Source of the DNA: Bacillota bacterium
GTDB lineage: Bacteria > Bacillota > DTU025
Length of the DNA stretch: 64,000 bases
Direction of reading: 5' to 3'
NCBI GenBank assembly: GCA_050951805.1
Contig: JBMNJT010000002.1
Location: 512,001 to 576,000, forward strand
Both the position numbers and the translations under genes were made by a program. Shown piece by piece: positions 50,722 to 60,199 of the stretch. Position 1 is the first letter of the stretch, and each line of letters begins with the position of its first letter. Under the pieces are notes generated by a model. The model worked only from the letters and a program-made list of their open reading frames with translations. It was not told where the DNA came from and ran no database searches.

Positions 50722-52554
50722 CTATGGATAGAATGGGGTTTCTGACCTGGTGGAGGGGTCAAATGGCCCTGATTTAAGTGAGGTCAGAACATTTTCAGAT
50801 ATTGCGTTTGCGCTGAAGATCGATACGCCTCTGGCGCCCGCCGCGCGAGCTGCTTCTACGAGGGCAGGCACGCCCTCGCCCGCTTGGGACTGGGCCATTG
50901 AATCTGCATCAATCCCCGCGATCATTTGCGTCTTGTTCCCGGCGAAGGATTGGGCCGCCCGTATCATCGTGTCGAACAGATCGAGGTCTTGCGTGTAGGT
51001 GAAGACGACTACAAAATCGAGGCACCCTTTCTCACACCAAGCTTTCCAGTCCTGCATCCTTGTGAGGATTGCTTCCGGATAGGGATAGACGGCGGCGGAG
51101 ACCAGAGTTCCCGGAGCAGCAGACCTAATTGCATCGGAGAGCTTTATCATGAAACTGGTAAGATTGTTGCACCGCCAGTCGAACCAGGCGTTCCATTTCG
51201 CTATGTCGAGCCTTACGTCACGGGGTTGAAAGCCCAGGTCTTCCGTAGCCAGTTTCGTGATGGTGGGTGCATAGTCGTACGGAATGGTTCGGCCGTACGG
51301 ATAGCGAAGGTAGTCAAAGTGAACACCGTCGACGGCGTGTTCTGTGACCAATTCCCACGCAAGGTCGAGTATGAACTCCTGAACTTGGGGATGAGCTGGG
51401 GACAGAAAGCACCTGTCTGATTCGGCTGCTGAAGGAATGCGGCCATCAAGCCCGACGGCCGCCCAATCCGGGTTTTCCTGAAGGATCTGCGGCGGCGTTT
51501 CCTTCTCTGACGCGAATCCGACACAGAAGGTCTCAAGCCAGGCGTGGATCTGAATACCCTGTTTGTGGCCTTCGTCTATGGCTATTGCAAGGGGGTCAAA
51601 TTCCGAATAAATGGGGTTTTGCACGCCGACATCGCTTGGGTAGATTGTGTAGCCATCATAGAAAGAGTCCACAAAGACGAGGTTGAAATTGGCGTTGGCG
51701 AGCCGCTTCACATCCGCCCGTATCTGTTCTTCTCTGGCCGCAGGTCGATACCACGTTGCTCTGGTGTCTAGCCGCCCTAGGTTGAACTTGGCCTTGTATT
51801 TCGTGTTGACGAGGTAATCGATGGTATTGGTTATTAATGTGACTACCTCGGGAGATGAAAGGTTCTTGCGAGCAAAAAGATTCTCTGAACAATAAATGCC
51901 ATATTCGGTTTCGACTATCGCAGATCGGCCTGTTGACCACTTGGCCAGGATGATCGCGTTCGGATTCATCTTATTGGTGAGCCCATAAGTGCTTGGCACA
52001 GGTATATCTGATTCAATGCCTCGAAAAATAGGGTGCGATTTGGCAGCGGGGACTATGTGGTTGTTCCCTGAAGTGCCAGTCGATGAATATCGTACGCCCA
52101 TAATTGAGCTGAGTCCGTAGTCAGTACGGGTCCGCCAAAAATCGTCGCGAAGGGATGTGTCGTATGTAGAAAATACTCGGCCTCCCGCCGTCGCAAAAGC
52201 CTCTATTTGGTCGATTGCAAGAGAAGACATGCAGCTGGTTGCAGGCAGGATCAAAGCTTTGTATGACGACAGAGCGCCTATTTCGACATCATGGTCATTG
52301 ATTACGGCTGCCGAAATGCCCGACCGTGCCAATGTACTCATTAGCCATGTAGCGTCAATGAACTCCTCGCTATATGTCCACGCTTTAAGATCCGCGTAAT
52401 GCCTCGTATATCCCGAATCGAGGATCGCGACCTCTGCGCCTTCGAACCCCAACCCGGGAGTTGAAACGTTAGCGGTAGCGCGAAAAGCAGGATTGAAGCC
52501 TGCGATCAATATGAATGCCAAGGATACAATAACCGCGGCAGGGCGATATCTCAA
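50722..52554 (-). CDS. Secreted glycoside hydrolase-like 10 (DUF187) protein with an N-terminal GATase/trimerisation-like domain
   Basis: Signal peptide; RATW, YDGYTIYPS, DPL...HKQGIQIHAW, VDGVHFDYLRYP, QDW..W. Confidence 0.85.
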   Translation of the reverse strand: MRYRPAAVIVSLAFILIAGFNPAFRATANVSTPGLGFEGAEVAILDSGYTRHYADLKAWTYSEEFIDATWLMSTLARSGISAAVINDHDVEIGALSSYKALILPATSCMSSLAIDQIEAFATAGGRVFSTYDTSLRDDFWRTRTDYGLSSIMGVRYSSTGTSGNNHIVPAAKSHPIFRGIESDIPVPSTYGLTNKMNPNAIILAKWSTGRSAIVETEYGIYCSENLFARKNLSSPEVVTLITNTIDYLVNTKYKAKFNLGRLDTRATWYRPAAREEQIRADVKRLANANFNLVFVDSFYDGYTIYPSDVGVQNPIYSEFDPLAIAIDEGHKQGIQIHAWLETFCVGFASEKETPPQILQENPDWAAVGLDGRIPSAAESDRCFLSPAHPQVQEFILDLAWELVTEHAVDGVHFDYLRYPYGRTIPYDYAPTITKLATEDLGFQPRDVRLDIAKWNAWFDWRCNNLTSFMIKLSDAIRSAAPGTLVSAAVYPYPEAILTRMQDWKAWCEKGCLDFVVVFTYTQDLDLFDTMIRAAQSFAGNKTQMIAGIDADSMAQSQAGEGVPALVEAARAAGARGVSIFSANAISENVLTSLKSGPFDPSTRSETPFYP

Positions 52555-53806
52555 AGTGAATTCACCTCATTTTGGCCTTGGAAAGTCCCAATTTAAATCA
52601 TAATTCTTCGTAAGGGGCAGGTTTTCCTCCAGCAATACGCATTCGCACATGGCTTCCATATCTTAATGGGGTTTACTGAGATTGGCTGAAACTACCACGG
52701 TTGTGCCAAAGCGCGGACTTTGCCTTTAAGCCCACTAACTCAATTGGAGAAATTCGGGACATTGGGTGTAAACTTGGGTTTGGGGTGATTAGCGGTGGCA
52801 GCTGGCTGCCGAAGCGGCGCGAAGTGCCGAACACATGGAGGAGACTGACGCGATTGTGTCGAATGGTTGATTGCTGTCCGGGAGCAAATCTAGGGAAACG
52901 CTCGTCTTCGCTCAGCTGTAGAGCGTTTGCGCCTCAGAGATTGGGTTGATGCACATCGAAGTATTTGTCGGGGGTGCAATCTCAGCAATTCTGATTCCAG
53001 TGTTCCGGTATTAGGGATATCCAATTCGCCCCGAGCCATGCATATGTAGGGGTGTTGCTTCCATCACATGAGATCTGGTTAGTCAATGATATTGACCCGA
53101 TGCCACGATGCCGTTTTATGGGTGTTGACAGCTGGGCGTGCTTTCGGATATTACCGGAGACAGCATCTATCTGGATGTCGCGCGCGGGGTGGTCAATTCA
53201 TGGATTGACAAGGTGCTCATTCGGAGGCAAGATGGTGTTATGGACTGGAACTGGGATTATGGTGGCAAGGTCGGTAAACTGAACTGGACCGCCGAGGAGT
53301 TTGACAAGACACAAGGGGCATTTGTCTCCGGATTTTGGGCGACAAGAGATGGGCACGAATGGGTTTGCAGTGTGCGGAGGCTCCGCTCTGCGCCGGCGTT
53401 GCCAAGCCTCTTAACGCTCTTTTAGAATTTGTGAGGCTGCCGAGGGTTGTGGTGCAGACATTGATTGCATCCTCTGGGGATCTCGTCGACAGTCTGCTAT
53501 CGCTCAAACAGGCATCCAGGTATATTTCACCAAACCCGCTGCCTATGGCACGCATCGGGTCGTAGCCGCCACGGCAGACGCTTACAAGGTAACCGGGCGG
53601 TACAAGTGCTTGGTGTATGCTATTGCCAGGGCCAATTGGCTAATAGGCCAGACGGAAACCGAGTTTCAAGGATACGGAAGCAATGTATGATCTGTGATAT
53701 GGACTCTTGAAGTTATGGAAGCAGTCATCAGTGCTGACGAGGCTATGAGCGCGGACAAGTAGCGCTCAAATCAAACAGTTGCAAATCTCAGGAGGGAATT
53801 CTAGGG

Positions 53807-54850
53807 ATGAACAGAATCCGAAAGTCGTCAATGCTCCTAAGTATCGTTTTGCTCTTGGCATTAATGATGGGAATAGGCATCCCCATGGAGGCTGCGGCCA
53901 AGCCTCGTGTGGCTATTGTTTTTGCTACAGGCGGATTGGGTGACAAGTCGTTTAATGACTCTGCTTACGACGGCATGAAGCGAGCAGAAAAAGACTTGGG
54001 AATCGAATTCGATAAAGTTGAACCTCAAGCTGTAGCTGAGTATGAGACATTGTTGACGCGTTTTGCGCAGACTCGCAAGTATGATCTGATCATATCGATC
54101 GGCTTCGATCAGGCTGATGCTCTGAAAGTTGTATCAGCGAGGTTCCCAAATCAGAAATTCGCCATTATCGACACAGCAGTGGACGCTCCCAATGTAGCGT
54201 CGTATGTATACAAGGAGGCCGAGCGGGGATTTGTGGTTGGCGCCATAGCAGGTCTGATGACCACGAAAAAAGGCGACCCGCGCATTGTTTCTGACAAACA
54301 GGTGGTCGGAGTCATCGGTGGCATGGACATCCCGCTTATCCGGGCCAACGTCGCGGGCTACATTGCCGGTGCCAAGTATGTGAACCCCAAGGTTCAGGTG
54401 AAGTACGCATACGTAGGCGATTGGGCCGATCCGGCCAAGTGCAAAGAGATGGCAAACGCCATGTTTGACGAGGGCGTCGATGTTCTGTGGCTTGCAGCCG
54501 GGCGTTCTGGCCTTGGTGGCATCAAAGCGGCAGAGGAGCGGAATCGCTACGCAATAGGCGCTGACTCGGATCAGGGCTATCTTGCTCCCCGCAATATACT
54601 GACCAATGGAATGAAACTCGTGGACCGAACAGTGTATATAGCCATCAATGACGTTCTGCGTGGCAAGTTCAAGCCTGGAGTCAATATGCTCGGACTCAAA
54701 GAAGGGGCACTTGGTTACTCCAAGAGCCTGGTTCCTGCAGATGTCATGTCCCAGGTTGACAAGCTTGCGGCCAAAGTTGTATCCGGCGATATCAATGTGC
54801 CTGATGAGATCGACAAGGTTGAGCCCTGGCTCAAGGCCCAAGGCAAGTAG
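53807..54850 (+). CDS. BMP/PnrA-family ABC substrate-binding protein (nucleoside type)
   Basis: GGLGDKSFND, IGF, AIID, GGMD, AIGADSDQ, GLKEG; no lipobox Cys. Confidence 0.93.
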   Translation: MNRIRKSSMLLSIVLLLALMMGIGIPMEAAAKPRVAIVFATGGLGDKSFNDSAYDGMKRAEKDLGIEFDKVEPQAVAEYETLLTRFAQTRKYDLIISIGFDQADALKVVSARFPNQKFAIIDTAVDAPNVASYVYKEAERGFVVGAIAGLMTTKKGDPRIVSDKQVVGVIGGMDIPLIRANVAGYIAGAKYVNPKVQVKYAYVGDWADPAKCKEMANAMFDEGVDVLWLAAGRSGLGGIKAAEERNRYAIGADSDQGYLAPRNILTNGMKLVDRTVYIAINDVLRGKFKPGVNMLGLKEGALGYSKSLVPADVMSQVDKLAAKVVSGDINVPDEIDKVEPWLKAQGK

Positions 54851-54951
54851 CAAGCTGTCAGCGGGTTGAATTAATATGTAAGCGCAATGGGCGGGGGGAT
54901 AATCTCCCCCTGCCTTGCCAGGTTTAACTCGGAAAAGGGGTTCACCTTACG

Positions 54952-56466
54952 ATGTATGCTGTTCGAATGGAGAACATAACGAAACGCTTTGGAAGCGTTA
55001 CCGCCAATGAAGCAGTTGATTTTGCTGCGTTTCCCGGCGAGATCCATTGCCTTCTGGGCGAGAACGGGGCCGGGAAAAGCACGCTCATGAGGATTTTGTT
55101 TGGGCTTTGCCGCGCGGATTCAGGCCTCATCTGCATAGACGACGAGCCGGTAGACATATCCGGTCCTCGTGATGCAATTTCGTTGGGGATAGGCATGGTG
55201 CATCAGCATTTCATGCTCGCTGAACGTCTTACTGTAGAGGAAAACATAATTGCCGGATGTGAACCGAGCAAAAATGGTTTGGTTGATTATGATGGGGCAC
55301 GCGAACGCATCCTGGAGGTTTCGCAGCGTTATGGCCTCACAGTTGATCCAACCGCTGTGGTCGAGGATATCTCCGTCGGCCAACAGCAGCGGGTGGAGAT
55401 AATCAAGGCTCTGATGAGAGGAGCAAAGGTCCTTATCCTGGACGAACCGACTGCGGTCCTCACTCCGCCTGAGGTGGAGGAGTTGTTCGTTGTGATGCGG
55501 GCTTTGAGGGATGCGGGGACGACGATAATATTCATCACGCACAAGCTCAAGGAGACTATGGAGATTTCCGACAGAGTGACAGTGCTCCGCGATGGCAGGA
55601 CAGTTGGTGTAGTGAATACGGCTGATGCTACACCAGACAGCCTTGTAGAGATGATGGTGGGGCGCAGCCTTCCGATACATGACAGCCATCGCGTGCCGGC
55701 TAAAGACGGGATTTTCCTCCAACTGAAGGATGTGTCGGTAGCCGGAAAAAAGGGCAGCCGGGCAAAGCTCGACAGTGTGAACATCGCTGTGAGAGGCGGC
55801 GAGATACTGGGCATAGCGGGCGTCGACGGCAATGGCCAGCTGGAACTGGAGGAAGTAGCAACTGGGTTGCAGCGGCCGAGCAAGGGTCAGATCATCGTCA
55901 ATGGTCAGGATGTGACTGGCTCCGATACTAGGAGCATCAGGGATAGCGGTGTTGCCTACATCCCATCTGACCGATTGAAGCGGGGCATGGTGGACTCCTT
56001 CAGCATTGCGAGGAATTCCGTGCTCGGAATGCATCATAGTGCCCATTTCAGTCATCGCGGGGTAATAAAAGAGGACGTTGTGCGACGGCATGCGGAGAAT
56101 CTTGTTGATGTTTATGACGTGCGATCTGAATCGATCGATCAGCCCATCGATTCGCTGTCAGGGGGGAACCAGCAGAAATTGGTGGTTGGAAGGGAGCTGC
56201 TTCGGCCTCACAGTGTCGTGGTTGCCGCCCAACCTACTCGCGGATTGGATGTTGGAGCAACCCACTATATAAGGGAGCAGATACTTGCCAGCCGCAACAA
56301 GGGCAAAGCAGTTCTCCTCATTTCCGCGGAGCTTGACGAGATTCTTGAGCTGTCTGACAGGATAGCGGTCATATACGAAGGCCGAATAGTGGACGTACGT
56401 CCTACAAGCCAGTATACCGAGAAAGAGCTAGGCCTTCTCATGACAGGGCAGAGGAACGGGGTGTGA
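54952..56466 (+). CDS. CUT2 ABC ATPase (double domain)
   Basis: GENGAGKST, SVGQQQRVEI, LDEPTAVL, LSGGNQQK, QPTRGLD. Confidence 0.95.
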   Translation: MYAVRMENITKRFGSVTANEAVDFAAFPGEIHCLLGENGAGKSTLMRILFGLCRADSGLICIDDEPVDISGPRDAISLGIGMVHQHFMLAERLTVEENIIAGCEPSKNGLVDYDGARERILEVSQRYGLTVDPTAVVEDISVGQQQRVEIIKALMRGAKVLILDEPTAVLTPPEVEELFVVMRALRDAGTTIIFITHKLKETMEISDRVTVLRDGRTVGVVNTADATPDSLVEMMVGRSLPIHDSHRVPAKDGIFLQLKDVSVAGKKGSRAKLDSVNIAVRGGEILGIAGVDGNGQLELEEVATGLQRPSKGQIIVNGQDVTGSDTRSIRDSGVAYIPSDRLKRGMVDSFSIARNSVLGMHHSAHFSHRGVIKEDVVRRHAENLVDVYDVRSESIDQPIDSLSGGNQQKLVVGRELLRPHSVVVAAQPTRGLDVGATHYIREQILASRNKGKAVLLISAELDEILELSDRIAVIYEGRIVDVRPTSQYTEKELGLLMTGQRNGV

Positions 56467-56469
56467 CCG

Positions 56470-57576
56470 ATGGACATTTCAGGTGATGCGTCAAACAAGT
56501 TGTCAAAAAAGAACGCAGAATGGTTTGCCCGTCCCGGGTTTGCCAGATTCGTGTATTCAGCAGCTGCAGTCGTGCTTGCGCTGCTAATAGGGGCTGTCTT
56601 GATAGGTGTCTCAGGCTATAGTGTGAAAGAGGCATATTACAACCTCTTCATGGGAGCGTTTGGAGGCGTATACAGCCTCGCAACTACCATAGTAATGGCG
56701 ACTCCGCTCCTGTTCACCGGACTTGCAGTAGCATTTGCATTTCAGTGCGGCTTGTTCAACGTGGGCGCTGAAGGCCAACTCTATGTGGGCGCTCTGGCAT
56801 CTGCCGTAGTCCCTCTGGCTCTTGAGGGGTTGCCGCCTGTGCTGAGGGTGATCATAGCTCTCCTGGCGGGGGCAGGCGCAGGGGCAGCGTTTGGCTTTCT
56901 GCCCGGATATCTCAAAGCAAAGATAGGGGCCCATGAAGTCATCACCACAATCATGCTTAATTACATTGCCACATTACTCACCACTTTTCTGGTGAAAACG
57001 TACTTCAGAGACCCGGGCCCGGTTGATCAGACAGTCCTGTTGCCCCTTGGTTCTAGATTGCCTGAGATCATACCTGGAACCAGAGTCTCGCTGGGCATAG
57101 TAATAGGAATTCTTGCTGTTGCGCTTCTCAATTACGTAATACGCAGGACTGTGCTTGGATATGAGATACAAGCTGTTGGGCAGAATCCTCACGCTGCCGA
57201 GTACGGCGGGGTGAATGTCAGAGCAAGAATGGTTCAAGCTATGATGATCAGCGGGGCTGTAGCAGGCCTTGCCGGCTCAGTGGAGGCCATGGGGACTCTG
57301 TATCGGTTCATACCATACTTTTCACCCGGATACGGCTTTACTGGGATGGCGATAGCGGTGATTGCCGGCGAGAGCCTCTGGGCTGTGATTCCCGCGGCGA
57401 TCCTTTTCGGAGCGCTTCAATCAGGCGGCCAGTCGATGCAGCTTTTTGCGGGGATACCCATGGAGTTGATGACGATGGTGCAAGGACTGGTGATACTGTT
57501 TGTAGCTGCGCCAGGCATGGCGGAAATGATATTTCGGCGGAAGAGTTGTGGCAAGGAAGGCGGTGGCCGGGCATGA
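56470..57576 (+). CDS. Nucleoside-type ABC permease 1
   Basis: FNVGAEGQ, HEVITTIMLNY, G.N..AAEYGG. Confidence 0.93.
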   Translation: MDISGDASNKLSKKNAEWFARPGFARFVYSAAAVVLALLIGAVLIGVSGYSVKEAYYNLFMGAFGGVYSLATTIVMATPLLFTGLAVAFAFQCGLFNVGAEGQLYVGALASAVVPLALEGLPPVLRVIIALLAGAGAGAAFGFLPGYLKAKIGAHEVITTIMLNYIATLLTTFLVKTYFRDPGPVDQTVLLPLGSRLPEIIPGTRVSLGIVIGILAVALLNYVIRRTVLGYEIQAVGQNPHAAEYGGVNVRARMVQAMMISGAVAGLAGSVEAMGTLYRFIPYFSPGYGFTGMAIAVIAGESLWAVIPAAILFGALQSGGQSMQLFAGIPMELMTMVQGLVILFVAAPGMAEMIFRRKSCGKEGGGRA

Positions 57577-58520
57577 GCGGATTTGTCGACATAGTGTTCA
57601 ATGTGAACAACCTGGCGGCTACCATAAGGATGGCAACGCCAATAGCCTTGGCTGCGATGGGGGGCGCCTTCTCTGAGAGATCCGGAGTGGTGAATATCGG
57701 GATTGAAGGCATGATGCTCACAGGCGCGTTCTGTGGTGTGCTCGGGTCCCACCTTACGGGAAACGCATGGCTGGGAGTGTTGTTTGCGATTGTCGGCGGC
57801 GGACTTGTCGGCGCCCTCCTTGCGGTATTTGCCATCCGGCTCAAGGCGGATCACGTTGTAACCGGGGTGGGAATAAACATCTTGGCCTCGGGCGCCACAA
57901 CATGGCTGATGCAGGTGATATGGAAGCGCAAAGGCGCATCCGATCTCGTTGCTGGTCTCGGAACCTGGTCAGTGCCTGGGCTGTGCGATGTCCCGGTTCT
58001 CGGGACGATTCTCGGTACTCATTCGCCTCTGGTGTACATCAGTTTTGTGCTGATTTTTCTAGGTTGGGTTTTGATGTTCAAGACGCCTTTGGGGCTTCGC
58101 ATCAGGATGACAGGCGAGCACCCGGAGGCAGCCGATACAGTGGGCATCAACGTCCATGCAATACAGTATTTTTGCGTGATTCTCAGTGGATGCTTGGCAG
58201 GGCTGGGAGGAGCATATCTCTCCCTTGCTCAGCTCAATTGGTTTAGCAAAGACATGTCGGCTGGGCGCGGTTACATGGCCCTGGCGGCATGCATATTCGG
58301 CGGTTGGAATCCCCTCGGGGGCTTGGGCGCCAGCTTCCTGTTTTCATTTACAGACGCCATACAGATGCGAATGCAGACAGCTCAGATATCGCTGGCTGTC
58401 GAGATAATCCAGATGATCCCTTACATCTTGACTATTCTGATTCTTGCCAGTGCAGTAGTTCGCTCTAGGCCTCCGGCGGCTCTTGGCAAGCACTACGAGT
58501 CTGGGCATGCAAACAAGTGA
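57573..58520 (+). CDS. Nucleoside-type ABC permease 2
   Basis: SERSGVVNIGIEG, GEHPEAADTVGINV, GRGYMALAA.IFG.W.P. Confidence 0.93.
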   Translation: MSGFVDIVFNVNNLAATIRMATPIALAAMGGAFSERSGVVNIGIEGMMLTGAFCGVLGSHLTGNAWLGVLFAIVGGGLVGALLAVFAIRLKADHVVTGVGINILASGATTWLMQVIWKRKGASDLVAGLGTWSVPGLCDVPVLGTILGTHSPLVYISFVLIFLGWVLMFKTPLGLRIRMTGEHPEAADTVGINVHAIQYFCVILSGCLAGLGGAYLSLAQLNWFSKDMSAGRGYMALAACIFGGWNPLGGLGASFLFSFTDAIQMRMQTAQISLAVEIIQMIPYILTILILASAVVRSRPPAALGKHYESGHANK

Positions 58521-58738
58521 CTTTGAAGTCATGAGTTAGCTGTGTCATGGTGCTTTGTTGCGCCTGTTGCGGGCTGACTGCGGCTTTATTGCCGGGTCAG
58601 CCCGTCGCTATTTACCACCATCTTTTTGGAAATGGGCGCCGGGGCGCCGAAGGAATGGATGATTTGAGCGAGAAGAATAGGAAAGAAGACAGGCAAGACG
58701 TGAATGGAGCGAACCCTGATTGGGGAGGAGGATTCGGT

Positions 58739-59599
58739 TTGAGTTGCGCAGACGTCAGACATATCGATGCATCTGAAATTGCGGAGGCAGTATACAAGCT
58801 GTGCATGAAGGTTACATGCGTGCTCCCTCCGGAGAATATCGCTGCTTTGGAGAGGGCTATGGAGGAAGAAAAATCGCCTCAAGGCAGGCAGGCGCTTGCC
58901 AGAATACTCGAAAACCACAGACTGGCCGGCGAGCTAATGCAACCTGCTTGTCAGGACACTGGCATTGCCGTAGTCTTCATCGAGCTTGGGCAGGATGTGC
59001 ACGTGTGTGGGGGCGACCTAAACCAGGCGATCGACGAAGGAGTCAGACGCGGATATTCGGAGGCATATCTCAGAAAATCGGTGGTGCACGACCCCCTGTT
59101 TGGCAGAGTCAATACTAAGGACAATACCCCTGCCATAGTCCATCTTCAGATGGTCCCGGGATGCTCCCTCAAGATTACCGTAGTTGCCAAGGGTGGCGGG
59201 GCTGAGAACATGAGCGGACTTGCCATGCTTACTCCGGCATCTGGCGTAGAAGGTGTCCGCAATTTCGTTGTGGACCAGGTTCGGAAAGCCGGCCCTAATG
59301 CATGTCCTCCTGTGATTGTAGGAGTTGGTGTAGGCGGCAACTTTGAGACAGTGGCATTTCTGGCCAAGAAGGCTTTGATTCGGCCCGTAGGGGAACGGAA
59401 TCCGAATCCAAAGTATGCAGCATTGGAAGAGGAATTGTTGCGCGAGATAAACGGGCTGGGGATTGGGCCGCAAGGATTTGGAGGATCCGTTACCGCCCTT
59501 GCAGTCCATATAGAGGCGTACCCTTGCCACATAGCAAGCCTTCCTGTAGCGGTCAATCTCAACTGTCACGTGGCGCCGCACTCCACAGTAATACTGTAA
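58739..59599 (+). CDS. Fe-S hydro-lyase alpha subunit (class I fumarase / tartrate dehydratase)
   Basis: CQDTG, LRKSVV, DNTPA, KGGGAEN, ACPP, GIGPQG.GG, CHIASLPV...C; GGAGGAGG RBS before TTG 58739. Confidence 0.92.
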   Translation: MSCADVRHIDASEIAEAVYKLCMKVTCVLPPENIAALERAMEEEKSPQGRQALARILENHRLAGELMQPACQDTGIAVVFIELGQDVHVCGGDLNQAIDEGVRRGYSEAYLRKSVVHDPLFGRVNTKDNTPAIVHLQMVPGCSLKITVVAKGGGAENMSGLAMLTPASGVEGVRNFVVDQVRKAGPNACPPVIVGVGVGGNFETVAFLAKKALIRPVGERNPNPKYAALEEELLREINGLGIGPQGFGGSVTALAVHIEAYPCHIASLPVAVNLNCHVAPHSTVIL

Positions 59600-59620
59600 T
59601 TTGCCGGAGGGATTAATTAG

Positions 59621-60172
59621 ATGACCATTAAAATTGAGACTCCGCTTTCGGATAGTGTCGTCTCCTCTCTCAGGGCAGGGGACGAGGTTAGCGTAAGCGG
59701 AGTTATGTACATTGCTCGCGATGCAGCGCACAAACGTTTGGTTTCGCTCATCGAGTCAGGCGAGGCTCTCCCATTTGATCCTAGAGGCCAGATAATTTAC
59801 TATGCAGGCCCTACGCCGCCCAAACCTGGGCAGGTGATAGGTTCTGTGGGGCCTACTACGAGCGGACGTATGGACCCATACACCATTCCCTTGCTGGAGC
59901 TGGGCCTAAAAGGCATGATAGGGAAGGGATACCGCTCCGCTGCTGTTCGCAAGGGCCTAATAGAGCATCGTGCAGTCTATTTTGCTGCAATAGGAGGAGC
60001 AGGGGTACTTGCAGGGCAGTGCATGAAGTCTGCCAAACCCATAGCCTACGAGGAACTTGGCCCTGAGGCTCTGTGGCGCGTGGAGGCGGAGGACTTTCCT
60101 GCATTCGTTGTCTACGACGCATATGGCGGGGACCTCTATGAAGAAGGGACTAGCAAATACCGGGTGTGCTAG
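59621..60172 (+). CDS. Fe-S hydro-lyase beta subunit
   Basis: ARDAAHKR, YY.GP, GPTTSGRMD, MIGKG, LGPEA. Confidence 0.93.
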   Translation: MTIKIETPLSDSVVSSLRAGDEVSVSGVMYIARDAAHKRLVSLIESGEALPFDPRGQIIYYAGPTPPKPGQVIGSVGPTTSGRMDPYTIPLLELGLKGMIGKGYRSAAVRKGLIEHRAVYFAAIGGAGVLAGQCMKSAKPIAYEELGPEALWRVEAEDFPAFVVYDAYGGDLYEEGTSKYRVC

Positions 60173-60199
60173 CGGTGCCTCGATGAAGGGGGATACAGG

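Noticed and set aside
52700-53800. Gene-like fragments or a purine riboswitch upstream of the BMP operon
   Set aside because: No riboswitch core was found; 53138-53425 looks coding-like but cannot be assigned.
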